This document shows, piece by piece, positions 47,731-51,433 of a DNA stretch of 51,433 nucleotides (the stretch's first letter is position 1; the number at the start of each line of letters is the position of its first letter). A program made the translations under genes and the position numbers. This DNA is from Polyangia bacterium (GTDB lineage: Bacteria > Myxococcota_A > Polyangia > HGW-17 > JAJRWW01), in assembly GCA_034004785.1 (NCBI GenBank), contig JAVEWA010000001.1, positions 1-51,433 on the forward strand, written 5' to 3'. The notes under the pieces are model-generated. The model was not told where the DNA came from, ran no database searches, and saw nothing but the letters and a program-made list of their open reading frames with translations.

Positions 47731-49622
47731 GGGCTTTTCCGATTGTCTGGGCCGCTGGTCTTCGGGCAAGCGCTACGCAGGGCGCTCCGGTAGCCGCCGA
47801 GCTCGTCCAGCCAGTACTCTCCATCGAAGGGCCAGGATTGCTGTGAAGAACCCACTCGAAGGCGCTGCGTTCGGCGCCCGCCGTCCTCGGGCCCGACCTT
47901 TTGCCCAGCGGCGATAGCCCGGCGCTCCTCTTCCAGCCGGCTCTTCTCGGCGAGCTCGACCTCCAAGCCTATCTCGTCGGCCTTCACCTTCAGGCCGTCC
48001 AGCTCGACAATCACGTCACGCAACCGTCGGCGGAGCTCCAGGTCCAGTCGCTCTCGAAAGGCGAACAGCCGCTTGTCGAGGCCGCTTACCACGAGGTCGC
48101 GGATCGGACCGGCGAGGTTGCGGATCGCCAGCTTCCGCTCGACCTCGAGCTGAGTGAGGGAGGAGTGAGCCCGGTACACGCCCAGGTCTGCGATCACGGA
48201 CTGGAGGGCGAAGAGGGGAAGAGCGCTTGGCCGCTTGGCGGCCAGCGACTGTGTGGCCTTGAGCAGGGCCCCAGGTTTGAGCTGCCCCTCGAGGAGAGAC
48301 CGCAGCTTCTCCAGGCCAGGGCCGATCTCGGAACTCCAGCGAGCGAGGGCTTGGGTCGCCTCTTTGGTCCGGCAGAGATTCAAGTACGTAGCCGCCTCTA
48401 GCACCAGCCTGTCTGGCGCGAAGACCTGTCTGAGAAAGGGGCTCTGCAGGCCGTGAATGGTGCCAAGGGCTTCCTGGTAGCGCTCCGACATCACCTGGGT
48501 CCAGGCGAGCTCGTACTGGGCCCTGGCGAAGTGGCGTGAGGCGCGGGGCACTCGCCGGTAGAAGTGGGCCGCGGCTGTATATGACCCGACCTCGAAGGCC
48601 AGTCGGGCAAGCGCCAGGGAGGCGAGCTCCACCACTCCCTGGTTGCGATCTCCCTCGGCGCGGCGCAGGGCCTCCCTGAACAGTGAGACGGCCGTTCTGG
48701 GCTTCTTCGCCTCGGTGTGCAATACGCCCAGGTGGTAGCGGGCCGCGGCATATCGGCGGCTCTTCGTGGAGACCCTGCTGAAGTGGCGCATGGAGTTCGG
48801 AGCGTTCTCATAGTGGTCGTAGAACTCTCCCAGGAGGTAGTTGTACTCGTCGAGCCAGCCGCGCGGTTTCTTCGCCACCTCCCGCTCGAACTCGGCGAGG
48901 AGAGCGAGCACCGGGTGGACGAAGTCGATTTGATCCATCAGCGCTCCCAGGATGGTGACCGACTCCTCGAACCTGGGGGTCTGAGGGCCGCGGCGGATCA
49001 CCTCCACCAGGAGGTGGGCGGCGGAGTGGGGCATTTCAGCGGCGCGGAAGGCGAGCCCCAAACCGAAGCTGGCCTCCAGGTAGGCGTAGGAGTTGGGCTG
49101 CACGAGCCCAGAGCGCATGAAGCTCTGAAACCGCGAGATTGCTGCGAAGGAGCGCCCTCGCCGCAGATCTCTGAAGGCCAAGTTGAGCTCGGTCTTCACC
49201 CGTCCAGCCACCTGTTCGGTGCGAGCCTTGGTGCTCCGCGCCTCCTTGGCAAGGCGTCTCGCCTCCTGCCGGAGCCGCTCCGCCTCCTCGCGCAGCTTTT
49301 CGCTCGCCTCCTTGCGCTCCTCGTCCTGGCGTTTCCTGGCGTCCGTCGGGCGCGGGGCGGTCTTCGGGCCTCCGGGGCCGCCTCTTAAGAGGACGGCAAT
49401 GACAGGCTCTGGGACACCGGCCTTGCGCAGCCGCGAGACCTCGGAGGGGTTGGGCCGGGGTGGCGCGGGATCGCGTCTGATGCTCTCGAGGATGACCTCC
49501 ACGCTGACCCCGGATTTACACAGGACGATGACCTCTTCCAGGGTCATTGCCCCTGCCTGAGGTGCGGCACAGAGCAAGACGGCGGCGCCGAGCAGGGCCG
49601 TCAAGAGGCGACGTACGGTCAT
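47727..49622 (-). CDS. Periplasmic helical-repeat (TPR-like) protein with an N-terminal charged coiled coil (GltC/NfsC-like by position)
   Basis: Signal peptide MTVRRLLTALLGAAVLLCAAPQAGA. A Lys/Glu/Arg-rich segment (…RKRQDEERKEASEKLREEAERLRQEARRLAKEAR…) is followed by TPR-like repeats. The ATG overlaps the upstream stop (ATGA at 49619-49622). Confidence 0.7.
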   Translation of the reverse strand: MTVRRLLTALLGAAVLLCAAPQAGAMTLEEVIVLCKSGVSVEVILESIRRDPAPPRPNPSEVSRLRKAGVPEPVIAVLLRGGPGGPKTAPRPTDARKRQDEERKEASEKLREEAERLRQEARRLAKEARSTKARTEQVAGRVKTELNLAFRDLRRGRSFAAISRFQSFMRSGLVQPNSYAYLEASFGLGLAFRAAEMPHSAAHLLVEVIRRGPQTPRFEESVTILGALMDQIDFVHPVLALLAEFEREVAKKPRGWLDEYNYLLGEFYDHYENAPNSMRHFSRVSTKSRRYAAARYHLGVLHTEAKKPRTAVSLFREALRRAEGDRNQGVVELASLALARLAFEVGSYTAAAHFYRRVPRASRHFARAQYELAWTQVMSERYQEALGTIHGLQSPFLRQVFAPDRLVLEAATYLNLCRTKEATQALARWSSEIGPGLEKLRSLLEGQLKPGALLKATQSLAAKRPSALPLFALQSVIADLGVYRAHSSLTQLEVERKLAIRNLAGPIRDLVVSGLDKRLFAFRERLDLELRRRLRDVIVELDGLKVKADEIGLEVELAEKSRLEEERRAIAAGQKVGPEDGGRRTQRLRVGSSQQSWPFDGEYWLDELGGYRSALRSACPKTSGPDNRKSP

Positions 49623-50371
49623 TCTGCCCTCCTCCGACCCCGTCCCATGAGGAAGGAGAGGCCCAGGGAGATCTCGCTCGGCCAGGAGAGGCGGATGGCG
49701 TCCTGCCCGAGACCCTCTCTGATCTCCACCCGCTGCCTGAACTCAACCCGCAGCGACAGGAGCCTGGTCACGAAGAATCGGAACCCGAGCCCCAGGCCGA
49801 TGCCTCCCCAGACACCTCCCTTGAGATCCATGTCAGGCACCGCGTCTGCGAAAAGGCCGCTGGCCTCCGCGAGGAAGTAGAGGTCGAAGTGGCCGACCTT
49901 GGTGTTGGTCCAGGCGAGCTTGCCGTAGATAGGGCTCCAGAGCACGGCGAGGCTGAAGCGGCCGAGCACCTTGTCGCGCAGGCGAGCTTGTACCAGAGCG
50001 TCCGCCTCGGTGAGCTCTCGGCGCAACCCCGTGTCGAGCCCCAGGGCGTAGGATCCACCAATTTCGATGGCCCACTGCTCGCTCGCGTGGAAGGCCATTC
50101 TCAGGCCAGGATTCAGGTAGACCAGGAAGGGGTCGTTCGGGAGCACCGCTGCGAAGACATTCAGCTCGAAGCGCAGATCCTTCGGGTATAGCCTGTTCAC
50201 TACCACCTGGACCTCCCTGGTTCGGCCCCAGCGGAGCTCGAGATCCCTCGCGAGAGCATCACCCTGTCGCTCATCCTCGGCAGCGGCTGGTGTCTTGGTC
50301 TGAGCGCCTGCCCGGGTTGGAGTCGCCAGGGCGGATAGTAAGAGGAGGATGGGTATGGAAGACGCGCGCAT
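49619..50371 (-). CDS. Small outer-membrane beta-barrel protein (GltA/GltB/NfsA/NfsB-like)
   Basis: Signal peptide MRASSIPILLLLSALATPTRAGA. Alternating beta-strand patterns follow (…FELNVFAAVLPND…AIEIGGSYALG…FSLAVLWSPIYGKLAW…FDLYFLAEASGLF…GIGLGLGFRFFV…LSLRVEFRQRV…ISLGLSFLMG). Its size (~250 aa) matches the myxobacterial small barrel family that includes GltA and GltB (from memory). Confidence 0.7.
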   Translation of the reverse strand: MRASSIPILLLLSALATPTRAGAQTKTPAAAEDERQGDALARDLELRWGRTREVQVVVNRLYPKDLRFELNVFAAVLPNDPFLVYLNPGLRMAFHASEQWAIEIGGSYALGLDTGLRRELTEADALVQARLRDKVLGRFSLAVLWSPIYGKLAWTNTKVGHFDLYFLAEASGLFADAVPDMDLKGGVWGGIGLGLGFRFFVTRLLSLRVEFRQRVEIREGLGQDAIRLSWPSEISLGLSFLMGRGRRRAE

Positions 50372-50376
50372 GGCGA

Positions 50377-51433
50377 TCAGTAGCCTCCGAGGGTGACCTG
50401 AAAGTCGGTGGAAGAGGTCTGGTTATCGAGGGTGATGGACAAGGAGCCGGAGAGCACCGAGGAAACCGATGGGTCATAGTTCGCCGGCAATCCGGACAGA
50501 GAGAGAGTCGCCTCCCAGCGTCCCTTGAGAGCCATCAGGACCTGACGGGCAAAACCGTAGTCGAATTCAGGGATCTCCGTGGTGGATCGGTTGACTATGA
50601 GCCTTAGCTCAGACGGTCGCGAGGAGGAGAAGAAGAAACCGCCAGTCTGGCAGGCGAGCCGGCGCAGGTCGGGCCGGTCCACGAGGCCCGCCGCGAAGAG
50701 CCTGGTTCCCTGTGGCAGTGAGCTCGAATCGAGGGAAGAGTCCTCCAGGTTTTCGGCTCCAGCGGTCAGGACGAGGGCGGGCCAGCATTGGGAAGAGGAG
50801 TCGCTCCCGTCACACTCCGCCAGCCCGAGGAGTATGCCTCCGGGTCTCACTCCGTCCGCCAGGTAGAAGTAGGGCGCCGAGCCCGACTCACCGGCGTGAC
50901 GGAGATCGTCCAGTGCACCGTCCAGGGCCTCTACCCGTCGGGATCTCTGTACCATGGGGATCGCCGCGCCACTGCCGAGGCGGTAGAGTGAGAGCCTCGT
51001 GTCGCCAGGCATGAGGCAGCCGAGGGCGGGCTCGGGCTGGCAGAGGGCCTCGAGCACCAGCTCGGACAAGGCGGCGATGCGCTCGTCCGCGGAATCTCTT
51101 TCTCCAGCCTCTCGTCCGTGGTCGTGCAGGAGGACCATCCTCGCGGGGCTGGTAGAAGTCGGGTGGAATCTGACCTCCAGGATCTCCCCCGACAGAGGGA
51201 AGGACTCTCCGCCGCTCTCCAGTTGGAGTTGACCTACGGAGATGGATTGGGTCGTGTCCGTGGGGTCTGAAAGCCGCGCACCGGAGAGGTGTACGATCCC
51301 ATCTGCGACTTGGAGCCTACCGTCCTCGCCAACGGGCTGGTCACGCTCGTTGGCGACGAAAAAGGAAACCGCCACTCGATCCGGCCGGGAAGCGCAATCC
51401 GCCGGGCTAAAGGGCCCATTCGCCGGGGCACCT
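50377..51433 (-). CDS. Hypothetical exported protein, probably 5'-truncated by the window edge (first visible gene of the Glt/Nfs-like operon)
   Basis: The track ORF starts at GTG 51375. However, the same frame stays open to the window end (…GAPANGPFSPADCASRPDR-VAVSFFVANE…), so the real start may lie outside the window. It ends in …TDFQVTLGGY (C-terminal aromatic residue), 5 nt before the barrel gene. Confidence 0.6.
   Translation of the reverse strand, partial: GAPANGPFSPADCASRPDRVAVSFFVANERDQPVGEDGRLQVADGIVHLSGARLSDPTDTTQSISVGQLQLESGGESFPLSGEILEVRFHPTSTSPARMVLLHDHGREAGERDSADERIAALSELVLEALCQPEPALGCLMPGDTRLSLYRLGSGAAIPMVQRSRRVEALDGALDDLRHAGESGSAPYFYLADGVRPGGILLGLAECDGSDSSSQCWPALVLTAGAENLEDSSLDSSSLPQGTRLFAAGLVDRPDLRRLACQTGGFFFSSSRPSELRLIVNRSTTEIPEFDYGFARQVLMALKGRWEATLSLSGLPANYDPSVSSVLSGSLSITLDNQTSSTDFQVTLGGY

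Noticed and set aside
45382-47793. 380-aa and 327-aa plus-strand ORFs (45382..46524, 46810..47793) and the 290-aa minus-strand ORF 46094..46966
   Set aside because: They are antisense to, or out of frame with, the 1080-aa TPR gene, and show low-complexity shadow composition.

Overview
GC-rich bacterial chromosomal window: third codon positions are mostly G/C, and many long antisense or out-of-frame shadow ORFs appear in the track. Gene content points to a myxobacterium-like organism (Myxococcota). The indicators are a cysteine-rich-repeat/Kelch lipoprotein, pilMNOPQ followed by a Roadblock/LC7 (MglB/MglC-like) gene, and a Glt/Nfs-type envelope-complex cluster. I support about 38 CDS. I recognised no rRNA, tRNA, CRISPR array, transposase or integrase. 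Layout: (i) 1-6990, minus strand: a tightly coupled metal-uptake operon with a small HHH/CxxC membrane protein, an outer-membrane barrel, two Cys/His-rich lipoproteins, a TroA/ZnuA-like binding protein, an ABC ATPase, an ABC-3 permease and a truncated hypothetical gene. (ii) 7192-8979: CoA-transferase A/B subunits. (iii) 9097-13213: a lipoprotein, a Tat-signal Fe/Mn superoxide dismutase and a large Kelch/Cys-repeat lipoprotein. (iv) 13465-18447, minus strand: a SagB-like dehydrogenase, a B12-binding radical SAM enzyme and three tandem paralogous proteins. Each paralog has a leader-like helical N-module, an internal twin-arginine/lipobox signal and a Pro-rich tail, and two non-coding tandem-repeat arrays lie in the locus. 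This is my best candidate for an undescribed system. (v) 18524-23209: a TPR protein, a GAF-HD-GYP protein and a ZIP-like/UPF0718 fusion permease. (vi) 23461-34244: a sigma54-dependent response regulator, pilMNOP, a giant 1767-aa PilQ carrying a ~1000-aa coiled-coil-like insert, and a translationally coupled lipoprotein. (vii) 34410-38817: a Roadblock/LC7 protein, a 971-aa TPR protein and a methyltransferase. (viii) 38849-51433, minus strand: a contiguous, ATGA-coupled Glt/Nfs-like cluster ending in a ZnR-GYF-proline-repeat-TM-TPR protein. All functional calls come from motifs read in the translations and from remembered family knowledge; no database search was run.
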